The translations under genes were made by a program, and so were the position numbers. Of a stretch of DNA of 64,000 bases, positions 43,980 through 54,938 are shown piece by piece (the stretch's first letter is position 1; every line of letters starts with the position of its first letter). The notes below the pieces were generated by a model. The model searched no databases, was not told where the DNA came from, and was given only the letters and a program-made list of their open reading frames with translations. This stretch comes from an uncultured Gemmatimonadales bacterium (GTDB taxonomy: Bacteria > Gemmatimonadota > Gemmatimonadetes > Gemmatimonadales > GWC2-71-9): NCBI GenBank assembly GCA_963748815.1, contig CAVVKJ010000010.1, positions 256,001-320,000 of the forward strand, read 5' to 3'.

Positions 43980-45956
43980 ATGTACGTCTCCGCCGACCTC
44001 ATTTGGCTCGCCGTCGCCCTCCCGCTCGCCGGGTTCCTGGTCAACGGCGCCCTCGCGCTCTGGCGTCCGGGAGCCAAGACCGCCGTGAGCATCGTCGGCC
44101 CCGCCGTCCTCCTCGGCGCGTTCGCCGTCGTGGCGCTCATCTTCCGGAGTTACGCCGCCGCCGGCCTGGCCACCGCGCACGTCGTGCCGCTCTGGACCTG
44201 GCTGCCCGTCGGCTCGCTCACCATCGACCTGAGCTTCCTCGTCGACCGCTTGTCGCTCGTCATGCTCCTCGTGGTGACCGGCGTCGGGAGCCTTATCCAC
44301 CTCTTCAGCGTCGGGTACATGCGGAGCGACCCGGGCTACGCCCGGTACTTCGCGTACCTGAACCTGTTCGTGGTGTTCATGCTGGTGCTGGTGCTGGGGT
44401 CCAGCCTGCCGGTGCTCTTCATCGGCTGGGAAGGGGTGGGGCTGTGCTCCTACCTGCTCATCGGGTTCTGGTACGGTGACAAGGCCAATGCCGACGCCGG
44501 GAAGAAGGCGTTCCTCGTCAACCGGATCGGCGACTTCGGCTTCATGGTCGCGATGTTCCTCCTCTGGGCGGCGCTCGGGACGCTCAATTTCGTGGAACTC
44601 GGCGAGCTGGCCCCCGCGCACCTGGCGGCAGGGGGCACGCTGGTCACGGCCATCACCCTCTTCCTGTTCCTCGGATGTGCCGGCAAGTCCGCCCAGATTC
44701 CGCTGTACGTGTGGCTCCCGGACGCGATGGCCGGCCCGACCCCCGTCTCCGCCCTCATCCACGCGGCCACCATGGTCACCGCCGGCGTCTACCTGGTGGC
44801 GCGGACCAACGTCCTCTTCGCCATGGCGCCCCTGTCCAGCACGGTGGTCGCCGGCGTCGGCGCGCTGACGGCCCTCTTCGCCGCGACGATCGGCCTCCGG
44901 CAGTACGACATCAAGAAGGTCCTGGCGTACTCCACCGTGTCGCAGCTCGGGTACATGTTCCTCGCGGTCGGCACCGGCGCCTATGTGGCCGGGGTCTTCC
45001 ACCTGGTGACGCACGCCTTCTTCAAGGCGCTGCTCTTCCTCGGCGCCGGCAGCGTGATTCACTCGATGCACCACGCCTATCACGCCACGCATTCCCACGA
45101 GGACGCGCAGGACATGCGGAACATGGGCGGCCTCCGCCGCGCCATGCCGTGGACCTTCACGCTGATGGCCATCGCGACCCTCGCCATCGCGGGCATCCCG
45201 CCGTTCGCCGGGTTCTTCTCCAAGGACGAGACCCTCGCGGCCGCCTTCGCGCGCGGGGCGGAGATTCCCGCCTTCCGGGTCTTCTGGCTCTTCGGTGTCG
45301 TGGCCGCGGCCCTCACGGCCTTCTACATGGCGCGCCTGATGGCGATGACCTTCTTCGGCGAGAACCGGACCGGCGCGGAGGAGCAGAAGCACCTCCACGA
45401 GGCCCCGATGATCATGACGGCTCCGTTGGTGGTGCTCGGCGTGCTCAGCGCGGTCGGCGGGATGCTGAACCTGCCGGCCCTCTTCGGCGGCGACGCGAAG
45501 CTCGAGCACTGGCTCGACCCCGTCATCGAAGGGGCGCACCACTTCTTCCCGCTCGAAATGCCGCACGGACAGACCGAGTTCATCCTCATCGGTCTCGCGA
45601 TCGCCATCGCCGTGGGCGGGCTGATCGTCGGGTGGCGGGTGACGATGGCCCGGCCGATCCTGCCGGCCCGCCAGGCGGCGCCCGAGACGGGATTCTGGAA
45701 GGTGCTGTACCACAAGTATTACGTGGATGAGATCTACGCCGCGCTGATCGTTCGGCCACTGGTCCGCTTTTCCGAGCAGGTCCTGTGGAAGGACGTCGAC
45801 CAGCGGCTCATCGACCGCGGTGGCGTGGAGGGGTCGGCCGGGCTGGCGCGGACCCTCGGATGGATCGGCACCCGGCTGCAGACTGGCCAGGTCGGCGTCT
45901 ACCTGACGGTGTTCCTCGTGGGCGCGCTTGGCATCTTCTTCGTCGTGATGGGCTGA
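43980..45956 (+). CDS. nuoL: NADH-quinone oxidoreductase subunit L
   Basis: GWEGVG, NRIGD, GKSAQ.PL..WLPDAMAGPTPVSALIHAATMV, THAFFKALLFL. Confidence 0.96.
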   Translation: MYVSADLIWLAVALPLAGFLVNGALALWRPGAKTAVSIVGPAVLLGAFAVVALIFRSYAAAGLATAHVVPLWTWLPVGSLTIDLSFLVDRLSLVMLLVVTGVGSLIHLFSVGYMRSDPGYARYFAYLNLFVVFMLVLVLGSSLPVLFIGWEGVGLCSYLLIGFWYGDKANADAGKKAFLVNRIGDFGFMVAMFLLWAALGTLNFVELGELAPAHLAAGGTLVTAITLFLFLGCAGKSAQIPLYVWLPDAMAGPTPVSALIHAATMVTAGVYLVARTNVLFAMAPLSSTVVAGVGALTALFAATIGLRQYDIKKVLAYSTVSQLGYMFLAVGTGAYVAGVFHLVTHAFFKALLFLGAGSVIHSMHHAYHATHSHEDAQDMRNMGGLRRAMPWTFTLMAIATLAIAGIPPFAGFFSKDETLAAAFARGAEIPAFRVFWLFGVVAAALTAFYMARLMAMTFFGENRTGAEEQKHLHEAPMIMTAPLVVLGVLSAVGGMLNLPALFGGDAKLEHWLDPVIEGAHHFFPLEMPHGQTEFILIGLAIAIAVGGLIVGWRVTMARPILPARQAAPETGFWKVLYHKYYVDEIYAALIVRPLVRFSEQVLWKDVDQRLIDRGGVEGSAGLARTLGWIGTRLQTGQVGVYLTVFLVGALGIFFVVMG

Positions 45957-45962
45957 CCCGCT

Positions 45963-47522
45963 ATGGCCGACTTGCTGAACCTCATCGGATACGAAGCCTG
46001 GGTCGTCCCGGTCCTTCTCATCCTCCCCGTCGTGGGGGCGCTGCTCGTCGTGGCGGCGCCCACCCCCCGCGCGCGCACCATCGCGCTGGCCGTGGCGCTC
46101 GCCGAATTCGTCGTTTCGGCAGGACTCTGGTGGAGCTTCCTGCCCGAGGGCGGGATGCAATTCACCGCCACGGTCCCCTGGATGCCGAGGTGGGGCATCG
46201 CCTACCGGGTGGGCATCGACGGGATTTCGCTCTTCATGGTGCTCCTCACCACGCTGACGATGCCGCTCTGCGTCCTCGGCAGCTGGAACTACATCACCCA
46301 GCGGGAAAAAGGCTTCTATGCGCTCCTGCTGGTCCTGCTGACCGGGATCCTGGGCGTCTTCATCAGCCTCGACCTCTTCCTGTTCTATGCCTTCTGGGAA
46401 CTGATGCTGATCCCGATGTATTTCCTGATCGGGATCTGGGGCGGGAGCAACCGGCTGTACGCCTCCATCAAGTTCTTCATCTATACGATGGTGGGCTCGC
46501 TGCTCATGCTGGTGGCGATCCTGGTGACGGTGTGGGTCGTGGGCGCCTCGACCGGTGTCCTGAGCTTCGGCTACGACCACATTCTCGGGAACGCCGCGGC
46601 GGTGGGCGGGCGGGCGCCCTGGCTCTTCGCGGCGTTTGCGCTGGCCTTTGCCATCAAGGTGCCGATCTTCCCGTTCCACACCTGGCTGCCCGACGCGCAC
46701 GTCGAGGCGCCGACCGCGGGGTCGGTCATCCTCGCCGGCGTGCTCCTCAAGATGGGAACCTACGGTTTCCTGCGGTTTGCCATCCCGTTCTTCCCGGATA
46801 TCGCCTTCAGCCCGGCGGTCACCACGGTGGCCGTGGTGCTCGCGGTGGTCGGCATCATCTACGGCGCGCTCGTGGCCATGGTGCAGCCCGACATCAAGAA
46901 GCTCGTGGCCTATTCCTCGGTGAGCCATCTCGGCTTTGTCATGCTCGGCATCTGGGCCGCCACCCTGCAAAGCGTCCAGGGCGCCCTGATGGTGATGATC
47001 AACCACGGCCTCTCCACCGGGGCGCTGTTCTTCCTCATCGGCATGCTGTACGAGCGACGGCACACCCGGGACATTGCCGCGTTCGGCGGGATCGCTCGCG
47101 TCATCCCGGTGTTCAGCCTGCTGTTCACCGTGGTCTCGCTCTCGTCCATCGGCCTGCCGGGGCTCAACGGGTTCGTCGGCGAGTTCCTGGTGCTGCTGGG
47201 AAGCTTCGGACGCTTCCCGTGGGCCACCGGCATCGCGACGACCGGGGTGATCTTCGCCGCGGCGTACCTCCTCTGGGCCCTGCAGCGCATCATCTTCAAC
47301 AAGCTCGACAAGCCCGAAAACGAGGCGTTGACCGACCTCACCCCCCGTGAGCTGGCGGTGCTCGCGCCGCTGCTCGCCGGCATCCTCTGGCTCGGCCTCT
47401 ACCCGGCGCCGGTCCTGCGTCGCATGGAGCCGACCAGTCGACAGTGGGTGGAGAGCGTCCAGCATGTCCTTCCCCAGGGCGCCCCGGCCAGTGCGGCGCC
47501 CCGCACCGAGGGCCACCCGTGA
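45963..47522 (+). CDS. nuoM: NADH-quinone oxidoreductase subunit M
   Basis: FWE..LIPMY, KVP.FPFHTWLPDAHVEAPT, AYSSVSH. Confidence 0.96.
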   Translation: MADLLNLIGYEAWVVPVLLILPVVGALLVVAAPTPRARTIALAVALAEFVVSAGLWWSFLPEGGMQFTATVPWMPRWGIAYRVGIDGISLFMVLLTTLTMPLCVLGSWNYITQREKGFYALLLVLLTGILGVFISLDLFLFYAFWELMLIPMYFLIGIWGGSNRLYASIKFFIYTMVGSLLMLVAILVTVWVVGASTGVLSFGYDHILGNAAAVGGRAPWLFAAFALAFAIKVPIFPFHTWLPDAHVEAPTAGSVILAGVLLKMGTYGFLRFAIPFFPDIAFSPAVTTVAVVLAVVGIIYGALVAMVQPDIKKLVAYSSVSHLGFVMLGIWAATLQSVQGALMVMINHGLSTGALFFLIGMLYERRHTRDIAAFGGIARVIPVFSLLFTVVSLSSIGLPGLNGFVGEFLVLLGSFGRFPWATGIATTGVIFAAAYLLWALQRIIFNKLDKPENEALTDLTPRELAVLAPLLAGILWLGLYPAPVLRRMEPTSRQWVESVQHVLPQGAPASAAPRTEGHP

Positions 47523-49009
47523 GCCCGATCGACACGACTTCGCCGACGGGCGTCCTGCTCGCGCTCCTGCCCGAGGTAGTGCTCTCCCTGGCCGCCCTGG
47601 GCGTCCTCCTGGTGAACGCCTGGAGGCACGAGACCGCCGAGGACGCGCGATTGGCCGGCTGGCTGAGCCTTGCCGGCGTGGGCGCATCGCTCGCCGCGCT
47701 GGTCTGGCTCTGGGGCGCCGATGCCGGCGGGGCCGCGGGTATCCCGCAAATGGTCGCGCTCGACGGCTATCGCTACCTCGGCAGCTTCATCTTCCTGGTC
47801 GCCGCAGGGGCCACGATCGTCTTCTCGCTCGATTACCTCGAGCGCGAACAGATCCGGGGGCCGGAGTACTACACGCTGATCCTCCTCGCGACGGTCGGCA
47901 TGATGCTGCTGGGCGGGGCCAGCGACTTCGTCATGATCTTCCTCGGGCTCGAGGTGATGTCGGTCGCCGCGTACGTGCTGGCCGCCTACGACCGCCGCAG
48001 CCCGTTCTCCGCCGAGGCCGGGCTGAAGTACTTCCTGATCGGGGCCTTCGCCTCGGGGTTCTTGCTCTATGGCATCGCGCTTATCTACGGCGCGACCGGG
48101 ACGACGAATCTCGTGATGGCCGGCACGTTCTTCAGCGCGGGCAACCTCCCGGTCATGGCCTCGCTCGGCTTGAGTCTCCTGCTGATGGGCTTTCTCTTCA
48201 AGGTCTCGGTCGTCCCCTTTCACATGTGGGCGCCTGACGTCTACGACGGCGCACCGACGCCGGTGACCGGTCTGATGGCCACCGGCATCAAGGCGGCGGG
48301 GTTCCTCTCGCTCACCCGCGTGCTGTTCGTCACGTTCCCGGCCGATGCGGCCCTCTGGCAGCCGGTGCTCGGCGTCCTGGCCATCGCGACGATGGTCGCC
48401 GGCAACCTGATGGCGCTGTCGCAGCGGACCGTCAAGCGGATGCTGGCGTACAGCTCCGTCGCGCACGCCGGCTACCTGCTGGCCGCGGTCTGGACCGGGA
48501 GCCGGCTCGGGGCGGCGTCGGTGCAGGCGTATCTGGTGGCCTACTCGCTCACCAGCCTGGCCGCGTTCGGCCTGCTCGCGTCGCTCGGCCGGGGTGGGGA
48601 GCGCGATCTCACCGCCGACGACCTGGCCGGGCTCGCCCGGAGGCGGCCCTGGACGGCGGCCGCGTTTGCCATCGTGCTGCTTTCTCTCCTCGGATTCCCG
48701 GGAACGTTTGGCTTCATCGGCAAGTGGATGATTCTCTCGTCGCTCGTGGTCGCCGGCCAGTGGCTCATCCCGGTGGTGCTGGTCCTGGCCAGTGCGGTGT
48801 CGGCGGGCTACTACCTGCCGCTCATCATGGCGATGTACATGAAGCCGGCCCCGGACGGGGCGGCCGAGGCGCCTCGCCTGCCGCGAGGCACCGCCGTCGT
48901 CGTCGGCGGCATCGTCGCGCTGATCCTGTTCCTCGGCGTCTGGCCCGAGCCGGTGCTCGGCAGGACGCTCGAGGTTGCCGCTTCGCTCTTCGAGCGCGCC
49001 TTCCAGTAG
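47519..49009 (+). CDS. nuoN: NADH-quinone oxidoreductase subunit N
   Basis: EAGLKYF, FK...VPFHMWAPDVYDGAPT, KRMLAYSS.AHAGY. Confidence 0.96.
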   Translation: MSPIDTTSPTGVLLALLPEVVLSLAALGVLLVNAWRHETAEDARLAGWLSLAGVGASLAALVWLWGADAGGAAGIPQMVALDGYRYLGSFIFLVAAGATIVFSLDYLEREQIRGPEYYTLILLATVGMMLLGGASDFVMIFLGLEVMSVAAYVLAAYDRRSPFSAEAGLKYFLIGAFASGFLLYGIALIYGATGTTNLVMAGTFFSAGNLPVMASLGLSLLLMGFLFKVSVVPFHMWAPDVYDGAPTPVTGLMATGIKAAGFLSLTRVLFVTFPADAALWQPVLGVLAIATMVAGNLMALSQRTVKRMLAYSSVAHAGYLLAAVWTGSRLGAASVQAYLVAYSLTSLAAFGLLASLGRGGERDLTADDLAGLARRRPWTAAAFAIVLLSLLGFPGTFGFIGKWMILSSLVVAGQWLIPVVLVLASAVSAGYYLPLIMAMYMKPAPDGAAEAPRLPRGTAVVVGGIVALILFLGVWPEPVLGRTLEVAASLFERAFQ

Positions 49010-49042
49010 TCGGGCCGACACTCCATCCGGCCGGGAGGCACG

Positions 49043-50419
49043 GTGCGCGTCCCACGATCCATTTTTCGGCAATATGACATCCGCGGCCTGGTCGGCGCGG
49101 AATTGACCCCCGACTTTGCCCACGCGCTCGGTCGCGAGTTCGCCGCGTTCGGCAGGGAACGCCTTGGCCGCGATCCGGTGCTGGCGGTCGGGCGCGACAA
49201 CCGCCCTTCCGGCATCTCGCTCGCCGCGGCGCTCCGGGCCGGGATGGCCGCCGCCGGCGCCCGCGTCGTCGAGGTGGGGGAACTTCCGACGCCCGCTCTG
49301 TACTTCGCCGTTCACACCCTCGCGGTGGACGGTGGCGTGCAGGTGACCGGCTCCCACAACCCCCCCGAGTTCAACGGGTTCAAGATGGTGCTCGCCGGCG
49401 AGTCGGTGCACGGCGACGAGATCCAGGATCTCTACGAGCGCATCACCCTCGAGCAGGGCACCGATCGTCCGGGAAGCGAGTCGGCGGACGGGTCCGTGCT
49501 CGGCCGGTATCGCGACGCCATCGTCGACCGCCACCAGCTCGCCCGGCCGGTCCGCGTGGTGGTGGATTGCGGCAACGGCGTCGGCAGCGTCATCGCGGTC
49601 TCGACCTTGCGCGCGCTTGGCGCCGACGTCATCCCCCTCTTCTGCGAATCTGACGGGACCTTCCCGAACCACCATCCCGACCCGACCGTCCCCGCCAACC
49701 TCGTCGACCTCCAGGTCGAGGTCCGGCGAAGCGGCGCGGAGCTCGGCATCGCCTTCGACGGCGACGCCGACCGGATCGGCGCGGTGGACGAGACGGGGCG
49801 GGTGCTGTTCGGCGACCAGCTGCTGGTCGTGTTCGGACGCGACGCGGTCCGGCGCTTCGGACCCGGCGCACGGGTCATCTTCGACGTCAAGTGTTCTGAC
49901 CTCCTCCCCGCCGCCCTGCGCGAGGCCGGGGCCCGGCCGGAGATGTGGAAGACGGGCCACTCGCTGATCAAGGCCCGGATGAAGGAACAGGGCGCCGTGC
50001 TCGCCGGCGAGATGAGCGGCCACATGTTCTTCGCCGGCGACTGGTTCGGGTTCGACGACGCGCTGTTTGCGGCCGCACGGCTGCTCGAGATCGTTTCGCG
50101 CGGGCCGCACGGACTGGCCGCGCACCTCGCTGACCTGCCGGAGACCTTCGCGACGCCCGAGATTCGAGTGGACTGCCCGGACGACCGCAAGTTTGACATC
50201 GTCGCCGAGGCGACGGCTTACTTTCGCGCCCGGTACCCGGTCAACGACATCGACGGGGTGCGGATGTCGTTCGCCAATGGCTGGGGACTGATTCGCGCCT
50301 CGAACACCCAGCCAATCCTGGTGCTCCGCTTCGAAGCCACGGACGAGGGATCCCTCGCGGAGTACCGGCGGGAAGTCCTGCAATGGCTCGCGGAGCGGGG
50401 CGTGCAAGGGGAGGGGTAG
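49043..50419 (+). CDS. Phosphomannomutase/phosphoglucomutase (AlgC-like)
   Basis: FRQYDIRG, TGSHNP, FDGDADR, GEMSGH, RASNTQP. Confidence 0.93.
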   Translation: MRVPRSIFRQYDIRGLVGAELTPDFAHALGREFAAFGRERLGRDPVLAVGRDNRPSGISLAAALRAGMAAAGARVVEVGELPTPALYFAVHTLAVDGGVQVTGSHNPPEFNGFKMVLAGESVHGDEIQDLYERITLEQGTDRPGSESADGSVLGRYRDAIVDRHQLARPVRVVVDCGNGVGSVIAVSTLRALGADVIPLFCESDGTFPNHHPDPTVPANLVDLQVEVRRSGAELGIAFDGDADRIGAVDETGRVLFGDQLLVVFGRDAVRRFGPGARVIFDVKCSDLLPAALREAGARPEMWKTGHSLIKARMKEQGAVLAGEMSGHMFFAGDWFGFDDALFAAARLLEIVSRGPHGLAAHLADLPETFATPEIRVDCPDDRKFDIVAEATAYFRARYPVNDIDGVRMSFANGWGLIRASNTQPILVLRFEATDEGSLAEYRREVLQWLAERGVQGEG

Positions 50420-50424
50420 CCGGC

Positions 50425-52821
50425 ATGCGCGGACGCTGGTTCGTTGGCACGGTGGCCGCCCTCGTCCTTCTGCTCTTCGCCGGGCAATGGCTCGCCGACT
50501 TCCTGGCGGAACGCTGGTGGGCCGGTGCGCTCGTGCCGGAGGCGGCCGGGTTCGTATCGAGCGTGCGGCTCCTCCGCCTCACCGTCGACGCCGCGGCGGT
50601 GCTCATCGCCACGGCCTGGTTCACCGGACACCTGCTCGTCGTCCACCGCGCCATCGGTTCCGTCCAGATTTCCCGCCAGGTGGCCAATCTTGAAATCCGC
50701 GAGGCAGTCACCCCTGCCACCCTCCTTCCGCTGGCGCTCGGCGTCGGGGTGGCCCTGGGTCTGATCGCCGGCGTGGGGTCGGGGCGAGACTGGGCGACGT
50801 TTGCCCTGGCATGGCAGGGTGTGAGCTACGGCCTGGCCGATCCGCTGATGCACAAGGACTTGGGGGTGTTCGTTGCGCAGCTCCCCCTCTGGGTGCTGCT
50901 GCATGACTTCGCGCGCCTGCTCGCGTGGAGCGCACTCGTCGTCGTCGGGGCGCTGTATGCCGTGCTCGGGGCGGTCCGGTGGCAGCGCGGCCGCCCCGCG
51001 ATCTCCGATCACGCCCGGCGACATCTCGGCCTCCTGCTCGCCGCCGCCGCGCTCGTGCTGGCCTGGGGGTTCCTCCTCACGCCGTTCGAGGTGGCGGCGA
51101 CCTCCACCCCCGATGCCGCATCGTGGGACACCCTGGAGCTCGTGACGCTGGCTCTCGGTGGCGCGTCGTTTGCCGCCGCCGTGATCTCGATCGTCTGGGC
51201 CGTTCGCGGGCATCACCTCTTGCTCGTGGCCGGCTGGGGCGTCCTCTTGGCCGGTGGGGTGTTCGTGTGGATGATGCTGCCGGCCACGGTTGGGGCCGGT
51301 GGCGATGATTCCGCCGAGTCGTCCCGCGCCGCCCTCGACCGCACCGCCTACGGGCTCGAGGGACTCGATGATCGAGCGGCGCGGGTGACTCCCCCCGCCA
51401 GCGGTGCCGTGCCGTCGCTCTGGAGCGGGCTGAGCATCGAGCGGTTGGTGACCGCCGATTCGCAGATCCTTGAATCGGCCACCCAGACCACGATTTCGGT
51501 GGACGGGGCAGCCATGCCGGTCTGGCTGGTGTTGCGAGTCCCCGCAGCGGGGCTCCCCGCCGTGCTCGCGATTGCGGATGGCCGGACCGGAGCGAACTCG
51601 GTGCCGCTCTCCTATCGCGCCGGCGACTCGCTCGCCTACCCTGGACTCGTCACCTTCCGGACGCTCCCACCTTCGATCGTTCGGCCAGGCGCACCCCGGA
51701 TCGTGATCGATTCGGGAGTGGTCGGTCTGCTCGTGGGCGGCGCGGCCCGCCGTTCGGTCCTCGCGTGGGCGCTTCAGTCGGCTCGCCTTCTGGGAGCCGC
51801 CGGCCGCCCGACCCGGGTCCGTTGGCGCCTGGCCCCCCGCGCCAGGCTGGAAGCACTCGCCCCCTTCGCCTCCTGGGAACAACCACGCTTCCTCCTCGTC
51901 GACGGCACTTCGATGTGGGTCTCGCATGGGTACGTCGCCAGCGAGTATTTCGCCGGCTCGACCCGGCTTGGGAGCCTCGGCGCGCTCGAGGCGGGCCTGC
52001 TCGGGGCCATCGACGCCGTGACCGGGGAAACCACCATCTACCTCCTGCCCGACGCCGGTCCCATCACGCGGAGCTGGTCTCAAATCACCCAGGGAGTCGT
52101 CCGGCCGTCGGGTGAGACGCCGCCGGCGCTCGCTCGCGTGCTGCCCTATCCGACCCGGCTGTTCGAGGCGCAGTCGCGTCTCCTCGAGGCGGGCCACTGG
52201 CGGGCCGGCACTCTCGCGGGGCCGCCGGGAGCCCCGGCGCCGCCGGCGACCGTCTGGGAGGGCGGCCAGTCGCTCGCCCTCGTCACCGGTTACGAGCGGG
52301 GAGAGGACCGGCGGGTGCGCTCCCTGCTCGTCGGCCGCGTCACCGAATCAGGACGCCGCCTGGACCTGATCCGACTGAGCGAGGCGGGAAGTCTTCCGGG
52401 CGTGGCCAGTGCCCAGGCGACCTGGGATCGGTTTCCGTCCTACGAGCAGCTGCTCGATTCGATCGTGCGGCGGGGGGCCCGGTTCGAACGCGGCCCCTAC
52501 CGCATCCTCCCGATGGGCGATGCCCCGCTCGCCTACCAGCCCTGGTACGCCGTCGACAAGGATGGGCAGGTCACGGAGCCCTACGTGGCACTCGCGCAGG
52601 GGACGCGCGCCGGGGCAGGGCGCTCCTTTCCGGACGCCTGGGACAACATGCGCGGTGCCGGTGCGCCACTGCCGCCGGGCTTCGGGCCGACCACGCCGCT
52701 CGAGGAAGCGAGGCGGTGGATGCTCCGGGCGGACTCGGCCCTGCACGCGGGAGATTGGGAGGGGTTCGGACGCGCGTTCGGGGCGCTGCGGGAAGCGCTC
52801 GGTGCAGGGCAGGGGGAGTAG
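50425..52821 (+). CDS. UPF0182-family-like membrane protein (divergent)
   Basis: N-terminal TM helices with DP...KDLG.FV.QLP; R...LAPF, IDAVTGETTIY, YP..LF..Q; C-terminal AL..GDW..FG. Confidence 0.7.
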   Translation: MRGRWFVGTVAALVLLLFAGQWLADFLAERWWAGALVPEAAGFVSSVRLLRLTVDAAAVLIATAWFTGHLLVVHRAIGSVQISRQVANLEIREAVTPATLLPLALGVGVALGLIAGVGSGRDWATFALAWQGVSYGLADPLMHKDLGVFVAQLPLWVLLHDFARLLAWSALVVVGALYAVLGAVRWQRGRPAISDHARRHLGLLLAAAALVLAWGFLLTPFEVAATSTPDAASWDTLELVTLALGGASFAAAVISIVWAVRGHHLLLVAGWGVLLAGGVFVWMMLPATVGAGGDDSAESSRAALDRTAYGLEGLDDRAARVTPPASGAVPSLWSGLSIERLVTADSQILESATQTTISVDGAAMPVWLVLRVPAAGLPAVLAIADGRTGANSVPLSYRAGDSLAYPGLVTFRTLPPSIVRPGAPRIVIDSGVVGLLVGGAARRSVLAWALQSARLLGAAGRPTRVRWRLAPRARLEALAPFASWEQPRFLLVDGTSMWVSHGYVASEYFAGSTRLGSLGALEAGLLGAIDAVTGETTIYLLPDAGPITRSWSQITQGVVRPSGETPPALARVLPYPTRLFEAQSRLLEAGHWRAGTLAGPPGAPAPPATVWEGGQSLALVTGYERGEDRRVRSLLVGRVTESGRRLDLIRLSEAGSLPGVASAQATWDRFPSYEQLLDSIVRRGARFERGPYRILPMGDAPLAYQPWYAVDKDGQVTEPYVALAQGTRAGAGRSFPDAWDNMRGAGAPLPPGFGPTTPLEEARRWMLRADSALHAGDWEGFGRAFGALREALGAGQGE

Positions 52822-52830
52822 GAAACCCGG

Positions 52831-52859
52831 TTGTATCCACCCCCCGGGGCGGGTAGCTT
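52831..52859 (+). promoter_or_regulatory. Candidate sigma70 promoter for sucCD-ndk
   Basis: TTGTAT-N17-TAGCTT; RBS AGGAGA before the GTG. Confidence 0.5.
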
Positions 52860-52890
52860 TCCGCGCGGTTAACCACGTCCAGGAGAGATC

Positions 52891-54030
52891 GTGAATTTGC
52901 ACGAATATCAGGCGCGCGCGCTCCTCAAGGCCGCGGGCATGCCGGTGCCGGATGGCGACGTCGCCGCCACCCCAAGCGAAGTGGAGTCGGTTGCCAGACG
53001 GATCGGCGGAACGGTCGTCATCAAGGCCCAGGTGCACGCCGGCGGACGCGGCAAGGCCGGCGGGGTCAAGCTCGCCAAGACCCCGGCCGAAGCGGCCGAA
53101 ATCGCGTCGCACATTCTCGGCATGCAGATCAAGGGTCTGACGGTGCACAAGGTGCTGGTCGTGCCGGCGGCGGAGATCGCGACGGAGGCCTACCTCGGGC
53201 TCATTCTCGACCGCGACACGCAGCGCCCGGTCTTCATGGTGAGCCCGGCGGGTGGTATCGACATCGAGGAGGTGGCGGCCAGCACGCCGGAGAAGATCCT
53301 GCGGCTCCCGGTCGATCCGCGCTTCGGGCTTCTGCCGCACCAGGCCATGACGCTCGCGTTTTTCCTCTACCGCGACGTCAAGCAGGCGCGCGCCGCGGCC
53401 GACATCATGCATCGGCTCTACACGGTGTTCACCGAGAACGGTGCCTCACTGGCCGAAATCAACCCGCTCATCACGACACCGGCCGGCCAGGTGCTCGCCC
53501 TCGACGCCAAGATCTCGATCGACGACAATGAGCTCGACCGCCGGCCCGACCTCGCCGAGCTGCGCGACGAGACCGCGGAAGACCCGAGCGAGGTGGCCGC
53601 GCGCCGGGCCGGGCTCACCTTCATCAAGTTGGACGGCAACGTCGGCTGCGTCGTCAACGGCGCCGGTCTCGCCATGGCGACGATGGACCTCGTCAAGTAC
53701 TACGGGGGCGAGCCGGCCAACTTCCTGGACATCGGTGGCAGCTCGAACCCGGACAAGGTGGTCAACGCCCTGAAGATCATCACCGCCGACCCGAGCGTCC
53801 GGGCCATCCTGTTCAATATCTTCGGTGGCATCACTCGCACGGACGACGTCGCCAACGGGATCAAGACCGCGCTCGAGCAGTTCCCCGTGAAGGTGCCCAT
53901 CGTGGTGCGCCTGACCGGCACGAACGAGAAGGAAGCGGTGAAGATCCTGCAGGGCATCGGCATGACGGCGCTCTCCGACATGGACGAGGCCGTTTCCAAG
54001 GTGGTGGCTCTGGTCGGGGAGGCGGCGTGA
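52891..54030 (+). CDS. sucC: Succinyl-CoA synthetase beta subunit
   Basis: [38 protein letters not shown]. Confidence 0.96.
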   Translation: MNLHEYQARALLKAAGMPVPDGDVAATPSEVESVARRIGGTVVIKAQVHAGGRGKAGGVKLAKTPAEAAEIASHILGMQIKGLTVHKVLVVPAAEIATEAYLGLILDRDTQRPVFMVSPAGGIDIEEVAASTPEKILRLPVDPRFGLLPHQAMTLAFFLYRDVKQARAAADIMHRLYTVFTENGASLAEINPLITTPAGQVLALDAKISIDDNELDRRPDLAELRDETAEDPSEVAARRAGLTFIKLDGNVGCVVNGAGLAMATMDLVKYYGGEPANFLDIGGSSNPDKVVNALKIITADPSVRAILFNIFGGITRTDDVANGIKTALEQFPVKVPIVVRLTGTNEKEAVKILQGIGMTALSDMDEAVSKVVALVGEAA

Positions 54031-54899
54031 GCATCTTCATCGGGAAGGACACCCGGCTCGTGGTGCAGGGCATCACGGGACGCGACGGTTCGTTCCACGC
54101 GAAGCAGATGATCGAGTACGGCACGAAGGTGGTGGCCGGCGTGACGCCCGGCAAGGGCGGCCAGACCTTCGAGGGCAAGGTCCCGGTGTTCGACACCGTG
54201 GCGGAGTCGGTGGCCAGGACCGGCGCCAACACGGCGGTCATCTACGTGCCGCCGATGGGCGCCGCCGGCGCCATCTTCGAGGCGGTCGACGCGGGCATCG
54301 CCATGGTCGTCTGCATCACCGAGGGCGTGCCCGTCATCGAGATGACCCGGGTCATGCCGTTCGTGCGGGAACGCGGCGCCCGGCTCATCGGCCCCAACTG
54401 CCCCGGCGCCATCACGCCGGGTGAGGCAAAGGTCGGCATCATCCCCGGCTCCATCTGCGCCCCGGGCCGTGTCGGCCTGGTATCCCGCAGCGGGACGCTC
54501 ACCTACGAGGTGGTCAACCTGCTGACCCGCGCGAAGATCGGGCAGAGCACCTGCGTCGGCATCGGCGGCGACCCGATCATCGGGACCAATTTCATCGACT
54601 GCCTGCGGGCCTTCGAGGAGGACCCGAACACCGACGCAATCGTCATGATGGGCGAAATTGGCGGGACCGACGAGCAGCGGGCCGCCGAATTTGTCCGCGA
54701 CCACGTGACGAAGCCGGTGGTGGGGTTCATCGCGGGGCAAACGGCACCGCCGGGGCGCCGGATGGGCCACGCTGGCGCCATCATCTCCGGCTCGTCGGGG
54801 ACCGCCGCCGAGAAGATGGCGGCGTTCGAGGAGGCCGGCATCAGCGTCATGAAGCGGCCGGCCGACGTCGTGCCGCTGCTCAAGGCCCGGCTCAAGTAG
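54027..54899 (+). CDS. sucD: Succinyl-CoA synthetase alpha subunit
   Basis: [35 protein letters not shown]. Confidence 0.97.
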   Translation: MSIFIGKDTRLVVQGITGRDGSFHAKQMIEYGTKVVAGVTPGKGGQTFEGKVPVFDTVAESVARTGANTAVIYVPPMGAAGAIFEAVDAGIAMVVCITEGVPVIEMTRVMPFVRERGARLIGPNCPGAITPGEAKVGIIPGSICAPGRVGLVSRSGTLTYEVVNLLTRAKIGQSTCVGIGGDPIIGTNFIDCLRAFEEDPNTDAIVMMGEIGGTDEQRAAEFVRDHVTKPVVGFIAGQTAPPGRRMGHAGAIISGSSGTAAEKMAAFEEAGISVMKRPADVVPLLKARLK

Positions 54900-54938
54900 C
54901 CGTCGCCACACATCGACTCACACCCAGAATTCGAGACC

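Noticed and set aside
43644..50407. Very long minus-strand ORFs (1347 aa, 1002 aa; also 15789-18848, 32216-35008, 60023-62596)
   Set aside because: Antisense shadows of well-supported + strand genes, expected in high-GC DNA with strong codon bias; only the dcd N-terminal part of 32216-35008 looks real
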